Shown here: positions 47,651 through 60,864 of the stretch, piece after piece | Position numbering within the stretch: the first letter of the stretch is position 1 | How the letters are laid out: each line of letters starts with the position of its first letter | Source of the DNA: Callorhinchus milii | Lineage: Eukaryota | Direction of reading: 5' to 3' | Length of the DNA: 64,000 nt | Assembly: GCF_018977255.1 (NCBI RefSeq) | Contig: NW_024704779.1 | Coordinates: 248,001-312,000, forward strand | Program-made: the position numbers and the translations under genes | Notes under the pieces: model-generated | The model's database searches: none | What the model was told of the DNA's origin: nothing | What the model saw: the letters and a program-made list of their open reading frames with translations, nothing else

Positions 47651-49664
47651 CGAACCCTTCATGCTGGAAGCGTCTAAGAATGCTGAAGTAAGCCGGTGCT
47701 TGAGGCTAAGTTGGAGAGAAAGCTGCTTAAGTGTATTTAGGCACTATCAAAGAGGAAGGAACACAGTGGGTGGAATAAGATTGATAATTCTCGAGTTTAA
47801 GATTGAAAACGCGACCGTCATGAAGTCGAGGGATACTGGTCAGGCATATCGTATACGACAGATAGTTGGGATTCCATTCTGTCGTGCAGTTGTGCTACTT
47901 GGAAAGGCTATTAAAAAAATTTAGGGAGTCCGTAACTTCGGGACACAAATACAGCGCAGTGACAATGGGATAAATTGTAGGAATCAGAAGGAAATGTGTC
48001 ACACAATGAGCTGGTGGAAGTTGCTATCTGAATCTTTATTTTTTTGCCACGTATTGAACAGCGCGACACACCTTTATGTGAGGGAAATGGTAACAGAAGG
48101 CAAAGGAGGGAATAAAGATTCATATAGATTACAAACTCTAGCACGGTCTGCTTGATCCGAATGGACTATTTACACTCGGTACAAACTTAGTAAATCTTTC
48201 TAAATCTTTGATCACAGCCCTTTCCACTTGTTTTGCTACATTCAGCGTTTATTTACTTGCACTTCCCAGTCTATTTGCTCCTCTGAACCATTTATCCCCT
48301 CAACCCTCTTTCTCTCTGCAAAATTATAAAGTGATATGTCACATTATAAAATGTCTTCTGCACCCAATAGAGTTAACTTTTCAAAATGGTAAATCAATGC
48401 CACCGAATAAACCTACGTGGTATTCCAAATGCTACAAAAATGGGGTAGTAAATAGCGATGATTGCAAGCAGCGTTGGAAGTATCATGCTTTTTTTTTACA
48501 CTACAACATTATTTTTGCTGAAGCCGGAGGCTTCAGTTGACACACTGATGTCACACTGAAAGCAATGTGTACTTATATGGAGCACGTATATGATTCTTGC
48601 ATCAAGGATTAACTCCAATTGGTCCAATTAGTTCCAGATATGTGAACAAACAAGATAATGCGTTTACGTAAGTACTGCGCATGTAAACGTTGAACAACAT
48701 TGGTTATTGTGAAATGGAAAATAAGTATTTAAAAAATCAAGCCTGGAACAAATAAGTACAGAATGATCGGAACAATATTATTAAAACATTTTACATAAAT
48801 TTCAAGAAGAACAAATTTTCATTGTATCTAGATACAGCCACATGCAGATGCAGTTCATGCAGAGAAGTGCAATGGAGCATTTAAAGTTTAAAAATATATT
48901 ATATTCCCACACTTGAACATAGAATATTGAAGAGCGAGATGGGGTGGTTGTCAAAAGGTGGGGAAGGAATGGTAAACAAGAGTGTGGTCATGTGGCCAAT
49001 GAAGAATATCTTGAAACTGAACAAGGAAAAGGTGTGTGAGCGAGTGAGCTCTGGATTTAAAAGCAATAACAATAACAATTTGCATAAATAAAAGTTACGA
49101 TCGATAAAGGCTTCAGTTCACAATATTCACTGCAGTGACATCAGCATCTCCTCAAGCTCAGACACTGTCAGCTGGAGCAGCCGGACGCACATTCTTCAGA
49201 TGTGCTTGTCCGGTACTAGGAAAGTGTCCTGGAGTTCCCACATGACTCATGATCTAAAATTTCAGCTGTTCTGCCATTTCCCCAGACGTTTTTGGTAATA
49301 CATAATCACGTAATTCCCCTCTGCAGATTTCCAACTCTCAACAAATTCCTTCACCAGTTTCACGACATTACAGCTTCTCTGTATTCACAGCTCACTCCAG
49401 AAGAATTTCTGCTGGAGATTTTCTATGAGTTCTTCAATTGGTGCACATCTCCTCCATGATTCCGCGTGCACTGATTTTAGTCATAGGAATCTTGCATAAT
49501 AGTCAAGTGACTCAATAGGAATCTGCATAATACCACTACACCGCAACAGATGCTTACCTCCCTCTATTAAATTGTTTACTTTCTACATTTATATTTCCAC
49601 GTTCGTTTATTTGTTTGAAAATGAAAACGGTGTGAGAAACACAGACAACATTCTGCTAAAATTT

Positions 49665-49755
49665 GGGCTCGTCCGGGATTTGAACCCGGGACCTCTCGCA
49701 TATTGACTTAGTTGCTAACCCCTAAGCGAGAATCATACCCCTAGACCAACGAGCC
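49665..49755 (-). tRNA. tRNA-Pro-AGG: tRNA-Pro(AGG) with a 19-nt intron (49701..49719)
   Basis: Identical in exons and intron to 35218..35308. Confidence 0.95.
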
Positions 49756-50327
49756 ACTCGTGCTCCAAATAACTGAAATTTCAAAAAGAGAACTTCGCAA
49801 TACAAAATTTAATGGAACTTTATTGATTTGCTGAACAATTAACAAAAATCATCGTGATCTTCAAATGGAATCGTCAACAAAAATGATCAAAGAATGCTCG
49901 TTAAATGCTAATTTCATGTGCCAGCGAGACCACAGTTAATCAACTCACATACCACTTATCAACGAATATTTTCTATGCACAATGACAAAGAGACGGTTCG
50001 TTTACTAACGAGTTTGATGGGCAATGAAACAAAAGACTGTCATTGCAGCTCACTTGAAGGAACTCTCATGTTTCCTGAGATTCGACGTCCTCCTGCCTTA
50101 ACATGCAATGCCTCTGTTGCAGGATTTTTTCACTTGAAACCAAAGTTGATCCAACATTTATGTTATATTTATTTCCAATTCTTACTGAGCGGCCTCCAGG
50201 AGCGTTTATTGAGGTTTGGTAAAGCACCGAACTGACAGCGGGTGAATCACAACAAGAAAAACACTACTCCGTGACCTCCCCTGTTGTCCACTCATGCAAC
50301 TCACTTGACTAAACCAATGAAAAATAC

Positions 50328-50421
50328 TGCTCTAGGTGAGGATCGAACTCACAACCTCGGCATATCTCGAGGAAGTACTGTCATATAAGTACCGCGCGCT
50401 AACCTATTGCGCCACTAGAGC
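50328..50421 (-). tRNA. tRNA-Ile-TAT: tRNA-Ile(TAT) with a 20-nt intron
   Basis: Paralog of 35877..35970; anticodon stem CGGTA/TGCCG canonical. Confidence 0.95.
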
Positions 50422-51192
50422 TGCTTTAGTATGCACTTTAGTTGATCATTTCACTTTGGCTTTCAAAAATAGCAACAGTAATTACCAATTTAGGTTAATT
50501 TTAGGGAAGTCCGAGTTTCAATTTCTTAGACTCGACTTTTGTTCATTTTGAAGAAATGTAACGCAGCTCAGCACCCACCTTCCAAACTCCTCAATACCGA
50601 TCCCCAGCTCAGGTCCGAAACACATGAAGTCCTGTTCCGTGGGACGTCGCCTCGACATGAAAGTCGCGACGGAGGGCGATACGTGAGGAGAGTAATCAGG
50701 AAATATTTAGTACCCTAAATGTGTTGTGTTCATCTGCTCAAAACAATAATTATGAACTCGGGAGAACTCAGCACCATGAATAACTGATTCGACCAGTGAT
50801 CAAAGTGGTGATTTCAGCTTGAAAGCTCCATAGGTAGTTCCACCTGCAGCACATTAGGGGCCATTGTCGTGTTTCAAACCATTCAGAAAATCCTGCAACA
50901 GCGACACCAAGAAATTCTGCCTCAAATCCATCGAATACATGATTGATGAGCACATTTCACGAAGGAAGAATTCAATTAGATTATTACTTGGAATTTGGAG
51001 GTAAAATGCACAATATGGATAAATGTTTTGCTAGATTTAGCCTGGTTGGAAAGCTCCCTTGCTATCCAGTTGCATCGTGAGGGCTTCAAGAGGCTTTATA
51101 TACATTATATATTATTTTTAAAATCACATATGACATACTATTTTTTATATAGTACGATGTAACTTGGCAACGCTTATTGAACTGAGCGTCCG

Positions 51193-53244
51193 TTATTTGT
51201 TAAAAATTAAATTTTTTTTGCAATGAATCAGAGTAAAGGGATATTTAAACACCTTCTTCATGTCCTCTCTAAACTTAGACTGGGTCACTGCATAGATACA
51301 TGTGTTTGTACAGGAACTCAAAAGCTTCAGCATAAATCCCGTCTGTTGGAAGATATGTCGAGAGCTGTTTACTTGTGCTTGATAATTATAGTTTGTTATT
51401 GGCCATTTCAATGTATAGATAATATTCGTCATCCATAATAGTAGAAAACTCGCTGATATACTAAAAAGTAAAATAATGGATTTTCTTCGCTTTTCCATCT
51501 CTGGATCTTTCTGTTTCTCCCCATTCTCATTGACACGGATTCTCCTGCGGATTCTGCTGGCTAATAAAATGTGTCTGATAGTCAGAGAATTAAAGAGGGA
51601 AATCAAAAGTAAAACAACTAGAGGAGTGAAAACTCGGTAGGACCATGTAAACACTTTCCAAATTGGCAGACTATAATAGCTTGCTTTCCCAGTACAGTAA
51701 AATGGGAAATTATTAATGATCACCAAATGAGTAAATGCAAAGTACCAAGGCACACTTTGGACACAGTTTATCGCACTCACTGTTATAATAATGCAAACAG
51801 CAGTTTTCACAGAGCAATATGCAGTTTTTATCTTCTGACGACAAATGGCCACAAAACGATCGAAAGTGAAAGCAGCTGTAAACCAGACAGAACATTGTGT
51901 GGCGAAAACCAGCAGAACAACTCTGATACTGCACACCGGAGTGTAAAATAAGAAACTAATAGGGAAATAAAAAATATTTATGCGATTGAATAATACGTCA
52001 GTGATAATGACCATCAGATCTGCCGCTGCCATGGCCACCAAGTAGAGAGTGACGCCTTTGGAGAGACCGCAATTTCCCCGGGCCAGGATCAGAATCGCCA
52101 ACAAGTTAACTATGAATAAAGTAATAAAAGCGAAATAACGATCAGAAGCCTCATAGTATGTGGTTCAGGGACTTCAAAACTGTTAGAATGGGTTCTTTGT
52201 ATGATGAGTATTTTTGTTAGCGAATCAGATTTTGGGAGATCAATTTCCTCAAAGAAGCAATGAATCAATTTACTCATTTTCTTTCTTCGTTTGCCAGAAC
52301 ACCGATCAAAATGCAATTCTTTATTCAAAGTGTCATGGCTTTATTAAAGTCAACCAACTAGTCAAATAGGAACTCTGTCTCATCGGAAGGAAGGCACATT
52401 CAACAATGCAAAGCATTTCCATTTCTGCACTCCTGTGTCAGACTAGACTATGTGTGTTAGAATACTGTCGTGTACTCCTTCGGGCTGACCTGGTTCTAAA
52501 TTGGTATGCATCACGAAGTAATACCGGAAACGAGCCAGGTGCATTATCAGAGATGGTGTACTTTAGATAAAATTTTGAACCGAGTTACCATAATCTGAAG
52601 GACAGCATCTCTGATAATCCAACCCTTCTCAATATTGCAATGTGAGCCTTGGTTGTGTGCTTAACTTACCAAAATGGAACTTGAACTGATATTCAGGGTG
52701 TGAATTCCGGGTATTGGTGGAAAATAGCCAGCTGTAAAGAGCATGGATGGCAATCAAATATGCTATCTCGCCTGCTTTGCTGCTCCTTCTTGATATCGCA
52801 ACAACCTACGAGTTAAGGGATTCGGCTTTCAGCGTTAAAAGGTGCAGAGGGTAACAACCCGATTCCCTCCAGGTTCTACTGGTGAGCCACGGTGACACAG
52901 CTTATCTATGATCAGCAATATTCTGGTGTAATATAACTCCGACTTCTGACTCACGAACCTGGCTCATCAACCAAAGCATCGACACTGTTCTGAAATTCAT
53001 TTGCCAAGTATTTCTTCATGGAACCTGTTCAGTTCCAAGGAGAACACACTTCACTTCACCCTCCACCAACCGTGAAGGATTGAGTGTTTCTACTGAGCCA
53101 CACAGAACACCAATTAACAGAATGCACAGCGAGTCAACGACTTTCATAATAATTCATATGTTAAAGTATCTCACCAGGAACTCCAACTATAGCAAGAATG
53201 GGGTAGTAAATTACTTCCACGTCATATATTGTTAAATATACCAT
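51193..53244 (-). CDS. GPR139/GPR142-like class A GPCR, intact; exons 53175..53244 and 51193..52109 (328 aa)
   Basis: Near-identical paralog of 36757..38783 with C-terminus extended by LIFNK. Confidence 0.93.
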
Positions 53245-54779
53245 GTTTTCAGGCAGACAAGCCCACGTGTGTTCTTTCTGCAGGATGGTTCCTTTGAACA
53301 GAATGAATTGGACTTTATAATAACGGTAAGCCTCCAGGGAAGAATTAATTGGTATCATGACTGATGTAATTTTACAGTCATTGAACACATATGTTGCATA
53401 CAAAACAACTCTCTGATATGTGACAAAGAACATCAGAAAAAAATATGAACTGGGCACTGAGAATTTCTGTCTTCATTGACGAACAAATATATTTACTTTT
53501 ATTTTAAGTTGGTGAGACCCATGATTTATCTGTCTTAAGTTATTTATTCGCGAAATTTTTCTTAGAGTTTTGGCGTAGAATACATTATTTACACGTCGTG
53601 TAATTTCGAGTAGTAGATCGAAAGTTCGTGTTGTTTTCTGGTGAGAAGTAATTAGGTTCATGAATTTGAGACGCTTGTCGGGATATGAGGATAGTAAAGG
53701 ACAACAAGCTTCATTGGAGCCTCCAACGGATGAAAAACTGCCAATTTCACCTAAGAAAAATGTTTACCAGAAGATAAAATTATGCGAAGCGCTTTTAGAC
53801 GTCATTCTGACGTGTCCTTTCCAAGTGAAAAGCGTTGGCTAATGCGAAGATTCCTCGTTTTCTAAGCATATCGTGTTTTTCTGTGTGAGATACACAGTAT
53901 GTGAGAGAGACAAAGGGAGAGTGTTAGATATAAAATATTTGACAAATTAGAGCCTGAGAGTATGGGAGATTAAGTGTGACAGAGAGAGAGAGAGAAAGAA
54001 AGAAAGAAAGAGATTATTATATGAGAAGACTACATTTCAAAAAAATCTATTTTCAAACATCATTCAATATCTGCTGATTCTCTGTTACAGTTTCTTCACT
54101 TTCGTTCAAAATGTCACTTAATCCATCACAAAAACAGCAAGTTGCCTTGAGTTTTGTCTTTCATACCGGGAAGAGGACTCACTCATGTAAAGCACATTTG
54201 TGATCTTCCACTGGAAGCTTTCACTAAGGATGTCCACAATCGTGGAAACTAACGTGATGCTGAAAGTAATACTATAGTACAGCACATGAGTTTGTTGGTA
54301 CAACACAAGGCAATATTCAAAGACCGTGAGCTGGACCAGGAGGAGGTGAAAGCCTGAAACCCATATTCAATACATAGTAAATAAAAGGTCAAAAATATGA
54401 GCATATAAAAATTTCTAGGCGAAAGGAACCAAGGTCCACCGAGTTTACCTGCGACCATCGAGTTTACCTTCAAATCAATTGAGCGACAGAGACATGTCTG
54501 TATACAATTTTGCTAGAAGAAAACTGCTTTTGGTTGATGTAATTGCTGTCACAGTGAAGCCCTGGGTTGTCGTGAAATGAATACATTTGTAAGTAAGATA
54601 TTCAAAGATAAAATCTGAATAGAACGAGATAGAAACACTGACCGCTGTGAGACATGGGATTGTTTGCTAATCCGGCTTCATGTTCTCCCACACCGGATAT
54701 TTAAATGAAGTACAAAAGGCTTTAAAGTTTGATTCGGATGATATCAGCAACTAATTCAGAACATTTTTTTTTTGTTCAG

Positions 54780-55100
54780 CGAGTCCAGTAGCTCAGTGGT
54801 AAGGGCAGTCGCCTTGCAAGTGAGACACCTGTGGTCAATTCCAGGCAGGGCGAAACCTTGTTAAAGTTTCCTAACTCCACGCGCCTGATAATAATCCCTC
54901 CAAAAAAAGAAACAACAATTAATTGGTCATTTTAAATCCACGACTGTTTGTTGGACTGCTTGCGCAATTGGCGGCCGTGTTTCGCCCACATATACACGGT
55001 GACTTCACTTTGCATTATATTTTCGGAAGCGCTTGGAGACATCTAGAATTCGTGAACAGCGCTATATCAAATCCAAATATTATTATTTATTATTTATTAT
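54780..55100 (+). mobile_element. DeuSINE-like SINE (duplicate of 40124)
   Basis: Colinear in the duplication. Confidence 0.85.
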
Positions 55101-55249
55101 TGTCGTAGAATAATTTGGAATGAGGTTAGAAATACAGGAATTACGTAATCGCAGAGAATCATCAGTTATGTTATTCACGCTGAGCTGCAATGCTTACAAA
55201 TAAATATTTCGAAAAAGTTGAATGATTCCAGAAAACGTTACAGACAAAA

Positions 55250-55323
55250 GTTTCTGTGAGGCGATTGATTAGCGCCGTTGGCATTTAACTGAAAGGTCGG
55301 TGATTCAAGCCCAACTAGGGACG
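55250..55323 (+). pseudogene. tRNA-Asn pseudogene (duplicate of 40593)
   Basis: Colinear in the duplication. Confidence 0.75.
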
Positions 55324-55704
55324 ACACGCTCCTGGAATAAATGTTTTTACTTTTTAAAAAATTTCTTTGCACTTGAAAGAAATCGTGAAAATGTGATTGA
55401 CTCTGCTGTCTTTATTTTCTAAACACTGCAAAACATTCCGCAAAACCTTCATTGGTGAATGGGATTTTTTTTTTGCTTTTTCTTGGAAATCGAAAGGATT
55501 TCTACATCCTGTCTTCGGCACGCATTCGAAATTCAAGAACAAATTACTAGTGAGAAGATTTTTAACTCTTGCTGATGAATGGAATTGCTGTAGCTGGTGA
55601 AACTACTGAAATTAGTGGAACTAATTGAATCAAAGTCATCGAAGGGCCAATTACACTGTGTTTATCGTATATTATAATGAATGCCCAATTGTTTGACCGC
55701 AAGA

Positions 55705-56720
55705 AACCAGACGATGGTAAAACGAAGAATGTCGTCAGACTGGGAAAGTAATACCAGAGGAGTCCAATAAGGATTTCCTTTTGGGACTATTTTGTTTAAT
55801 ATGTTTATGAATCATCTTAAACCAGCAGTCACAAGCCCAGTGGCTAAGTTTGCATGTGACACCAATCTAACGACAGCAGTAGATTTGAAAGCTGAACAAG
55901 AAAGGTTACAGAAGGAAATGAACAAGCTTGGGAATGCGGCCGATCAGCGGGAGATGAAACTCAATATGGAAAAATGTAAAGTACTCCACATGGGGACATA
56001 ATAGACCTGAAATGGACTATCCTTTGGTTGGAAAAATAAAGAATGTATGGAAAATAAAAAGGATCTGAGGGTCCTGATTGACAATAAACGGAAGCTATCC
56101 CAACAATGCTCTGTGGAAGTGACTAAAGCTAACTAGATGTTCGTATGTATCAAAAGATGAATACCAAGCCGAAATAGAAGTGTTATCATGCCATTATGCA
56201 AACTATTGCTGAGAACCTACTTAGGCTGCAGTGCACAGTTCTGGTCGACGCAGTACCAAAATGATGTCAAAATAATTCAAAAGATACAGAGGAAGGCAAA
56301 CAAATTATTTGACAGAATGGAAGGACTGGGCAATGAGCAGCGACAAAGTCAATTCGGCACGGAACTCAAACACTATTTCGGTGAGCAGTAGAGAACTAGT
56401 GGAACAGTTTGGAAAGAGAAGGCGGACAGGATTTAAGATATAAAGTGGAGAGACAATATATATCACGCGATGCTGATTCAACTTGTACAGAAAGGTAAAA
56501 CTAGAGGACATCACTTGAGATTAAACAAGGTTATATTTAGAACGAATCAAATCAAACACTATTTCAGTGAGCGAATAGTGGACATATGCATCAGTCTTCC
56601 TTGGGAGGCGGTCGAAGCAAGAAACTGTTGATATTTTCATAGACCTACTGGATAGAGTTTTGGGAGGAAATAATATTATGGGATATAGCACATAGGTATT
56701 TTGAGGCATATGTGCATGCG
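55705..56720 (+). mobile_element. CR1 LINE RT fragment extending to the 3' end
   Basis: As 41040 but continues through tatttcagtgagcgaatagtggac...ttgggaggcggtcgaagca (FS.RVV..W..L..EA-like). Confidence 0.85.
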
Positions 56721-57147
56721 ATATTGAGAAATATTTTTGAGTAATGCAGACTTGATCAACATTTGTTACTTTTTACTGTTAGCTTCAAGTGTTACCTTGC
56801 CGTAAAGTTTCCATAAAAGGCCAAGAGTTTTTGGGATAGCAAGGAGGAACTATGTACGTTTTCAATTAGTGTATAACATTTCGCAAGAGAAATACAGCAT
56901 TTGATTCATATAATTGCTGTCACAGTCTAGCCCTGCGTGATGGGTAATGACAACATTTGTAAGACAGACATTGAAAGCTAAATTCTGAATACAACCAGAT
57001 AAAAACACTGACCACTGTGTGACGTGGTACTGTTTGCTCCTCCGCTTCACGTTCTCCCACGACAGATATTTAAATGAAGTACAAATGGCTTTAAAACTTG
57101 GTTTAGATCAAATCAGCAAGTAACGTTGGAAACCATTATTTTGTACA

Positions 57148-57455
57148 GGGAGTCTTGTAGCTCAGTGTTTAGAGCATTCGCCTTGCAAGCGTGGTACCTG
57201 GGGTCAATTGTAGGCAGGGCGAAACCTTGGGCAAGTTTCCTTTCTCCACACGCCTGATGATAATCCCTCCAAAATACGGACAGACAATTAATTGGTCATT
57301 TTAAATCGACAAACGTTTGTGCGGAATTGACTGCCGCGTTTGCCCACAAATATACAGTCAATTCACTTTACAGTGTGTTCTGTGAAGCGCTTTGGGACGA
57401 CCTCCCGACGTGAAAAGTGCTATATCGAATGCAAGGATTATTATTTATTATTAAA
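57148..57455 (+). mobile_element. DeuSINE-like SINE followed by a second partial tail (to ~57560)
   Basis: gagtcttgtagctcagtgtttagagcattcgccttgcaag head; standard tail. Confidence 0.85.
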
Positions 57456-57702
57456 TATACGGTCTCTTCACTTTACCTTGTATTTTGTGATGCGCTTTGA
57501 GAAGTTTAGAAGACGTGAACAGCGCTATATAAAACGCAGGAAGTAATATTTTTTATTAATCATTGTTATAGTAGAATAATTTGAAATGTAGTTAGAAATA
57601 CTGTAGACAACCATCGGTTATTTCATTCACGTTGAACTGGAATGCTTTACAAATAGATATTGCGAGAAAGCTGAATGATCTTTTAAAAAGCTACAGAAAA
57701 GA

Positions 57703-57776
57703 GTTTCTGTGGGGCAATTGATTAGCGCATCTGGCACTTAACTGAAAGGTTGGTGGTTCAAGCCCAACCAGGGAAG
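57703..57776 (+). pseudogene. tRNA-Asn pseudogene
   Basis: gtttctgtggggcaattgattagcgcatctggcacttaactgaaaggttggtggttcaagcccaaccagggaag. Confidence 0.78.
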
Positions 57777-58258
57777 TTACTCTCCTTGAATAAATATATT
57801 ATTTTTCAATTCTTTCTTTGCACTTGAAATAAATCATGAAAAATATGATTGGCCCTGCTGTCTTTAGTTTCGAAATATTCCAAAACACTCACATGGTTCA
57901 TTGATAGTTTGGAAAAGATATCACTTTCTCTTGGAAATTCAACGACTTTCTTCATCCTATCTTCCGGAAGCATTCGGAATTCAAAGAGAAATTGCTTGCC
58001 GGAAGATATTTACCTCTTGCCGATTAATGGCATTGTTGGAGATGGAGGAGTGAAATTAATCTATGCTGCAATCAAAGTGATCGTTCGGCCAATCACACTG
58101 TCGCATTCTGAGGGATTTGCCTCATGAGCAAAAATGTTGGCTGCTCGTTCAGTGAATGGGAGAAGGTGTCATTTTGTTAGCTTCTGCACACAGCACTTTC
58201 AGTTCAGAAATCACATCTGATCTGGACAATGTACAAGATGAACTATATAATAAGGATT

Positions 58259-58340
58259 TGATAGCGGTGGGATTCGAAGCCACGTCCCCGAAGGGACTGG
58301 ATCCTAAATCCAGCACCTAAGGCCGCTCGGCCACGCTACT
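58259..58340 (-). pseudogene. tRNA-Leu(TAG), degenerate
   Basis: AGTAGCGTGGCCGAGCGGCCTTAGGTGCTGGATTTAGGATCCAGTCCCTTCGGGGACGTGGCTTCGAATCCCACCGCTATCA; acceptor and T-stem mismatches. Confidence 0.82.
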
Positions 58341-58785
58341 CGCGTCTTGAAAACAAATTATACGGTCAAATCTCGCTATTCATGCAAAATGTTTCTCCGG
58401 CCATGACATTTTGTGCATTATTGGACAATCTGTTAACGTTGGTTTAGTAACAGAGTACCGACTTTAGCGATTACATCAACAATTTCAACACTTATTAAAA
58501 CAATATTTAAACAAAGCAGGTGGAGAAGCTTTCGATTTTGATAAATTTCTAGATAGCAAACAGCTCTCTGAAGTTTCCGTACGCCTTACGGTTGGAAAAC
58601 TGCTAAAAAGATGCACTTAACGTTTGTATTGAAACATTCACATAACTCAATACAGAGTGGTTGGGTTAGACATGAAGCTCCAAATAAGGGGACAATACAA
58701 TTAAAGTAAGGAGAATCGGATGGTTAGGTTTTACAGTGGAAATTGAAGATAGATAATTAGACGGACGAACGGACGGACGGACGGA

Positions 58786-58952
58786 NNNNNNNNNNNNNNN
58801 NNNNNNNNNNNNNNNNNNNNNNNNNNNNNNNNNNNNNNNNNNNNNNNNNNNNNNNNNNNNNNNNNNNNNNNNNNNNNNNNNNNNNNNNNNNNNNNNNNNN
58901 NNNNNNNNNNNNNNNNNNNNNNNNNNNNNNNNNNNNNNNNNNNNNNNNNNNN
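58786..58952. other. Assembly gap (N run) within (GACG)n/(GGTA)n simple repeat
   Basis: Run of n. Confidence 0.99.
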
Positions 58953-59959
58953 GTCGGTAGGTTGGTAGAGAAAGACAGAGACGGAGGCAGAGATAGAGAC
59001 AAAGATAGAGACAATGCATATCATTTCAATAAATATTTCAGTAATTTCCATGTCTCCGAGTGATGCATGGAATTCTCAGTTGGTATGGATATCTTTAGCA
59101 TGTTGATGGGTTTCCAACTGACAGAAAAATACATAAGTCATAGATGAATAATAACGGCCATTTTGAAACTGCAAAATTTATTTCACAACCCAATATCCTT
59201 TTCAACAATTGTTCCTTTCTTTTACCCAAAAGCGTCGTTGTTCCTTATTTGTCTATAACTTCTTAGGCCGTTTTTATTTAGCCATATTAGCTTCTTCATT
59301 TAAGTCGTCGCAATCGATATCATCCAATGTTTGTGTTACTTTTGAGCACTGCAAAATTTGTGGAAAGAGACATATCGAAATTATTTTGGCATTTTCTGGC
59401 TGCTCACAAGTATTAATCAGACTTATCTATTCGTGCGACTTCACATGCGCCAACAGGGCATCGCCCTGTTTTTTCAGCATCCCTATGGTTTCACTAAAGA
59501 TTACTTAGCCATCGTTTCACAACCAATTAACTCTCCTTTACTGTCTTCACCATTACTTCCTGCACATGATGGACAATGGAAGTGGTTTAACACCACTATC
59601 ATCCCCCTCTGTTTGCCTGGCTCTGTCTGTTTCTTACATTTTTATACGTCTCCTTCCCGACTGGTGCGTTAAGTCGACCCATGTGTTGCTTCTCGGAATC
59701 GAACCCAAACCAAAGTAACAATGGACTTCTTGAGACTGACAGCATCCAGATTGTGGTCCTTAATTATTTACTACTTCTGACAACTGTTGTCTGAGAGAAA
59801 TTTTTACGTTTGGACGTCGTAACATTTTTTTAAAATTCAGATACCCTTTGAAGTCCAAATTTGAATGAAAAGTTGGACTTATCATTTAATTATTTATGCC
59901 ATAACCGCAAGACTCAACTATGAGAGCAACCAGGTCTCAAGAAACAGGTATCGATGTAA

Positions 59960-60275
59960 TAAATAAATAATTAAATCTTTGCGTCTCATATAGCGGTTTA
60001 CACATCTTCTTGACGTCTCAAAGCGCTTCACAGAACATACTGTGTAGTGGCTTGACTGCATAATTGTGGGTGAAACACATCAGCAAATTGCTCGCAGTAC
60101 TTTCCCACAAACAGTCGTGGATTGAAGTCACCAATTTAATATTATTTTTTGTTTTTGCGGAATTATTATGAAGCGTGTGGAGTAAGGAAATTTGCCCAAG
60201 GTTTCGTCCTGTCGGGAGTCAAAAACACATCTCTCGGTTACGAAGCGAGTACTCTTAACTACTGAACTAAATGAC
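59960..60275 (-). mobile_element. DeuSINE-like SINE, diverged
   Basis: Reverse complement of tail (tctcaaagcgcttcacagaaca), core (cccacaaacagtcgtggattg) and head (ttgcccaaggtttcgtcc). Confidence 0.8.
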
Positions 60276-60864
60276 TCCAGATTATTTGTTAGAATATCAC
60301 ATGGGAGTCAGTGAGATCACGATATGACTGACACTGGCTAAAGCACGCACATCTGAGTCACATTTGTGCATGTGTCAGACGTGATCCCACCAGAAGAATA
60401 TTCCAAAATTTTAGGCGATGAATGGTCGTAACCGACATTCCTGTCCAACTCCTGTTCCTTGTAGGACAACATTATAACAAGTCATCTATGGCCAACAAAT
60501 TTACATTTTGAATCTACGTCCACAAATTTCCACAGTGCTGATCTTTACAATTTCCTTATAGCTGTTATTTTAGGACATCATTTTCCAAAGTGGCTGCTGC
60601 TTTTGCTGAGAAATCAATGCTCTACATTGCAGTGAATCCTGTCAGGCGCTTCGAGACGTCCCACTCTCCCTCAACCGACTTTGTGTTGAAAGTGAGAAAC
60701 GCTGCAGTTGCTTCAGTTGAATGGGTCAGTGACCTAAGGGTAACGGTTGTTTGTTCATCCGCCTGTGAGTAATGCCCAGCGAGTGAGCAAATCAATGGTC
60801 TCGCTGGGACATACCCATTACTACAATTAGCGTTACGGGCATCAGTGCAAACCACCGCTACAAC

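Larger units (their letters stand above)
48370..56511 (+). repeat. Segmental duplication copy B (~8.1 kb)
   Basis: Colinear with 33916..41835; extra ~0.2 kb near 53570-53790. Confidence 0.95.

Noticed and set aside
59690-59760. Possible Leu-CAA intron tRNA on the minus strand (ctcaag and gggttcgattcc)
   Set aside because: No acceptor or D arm can be built; only a B-box-like fragment
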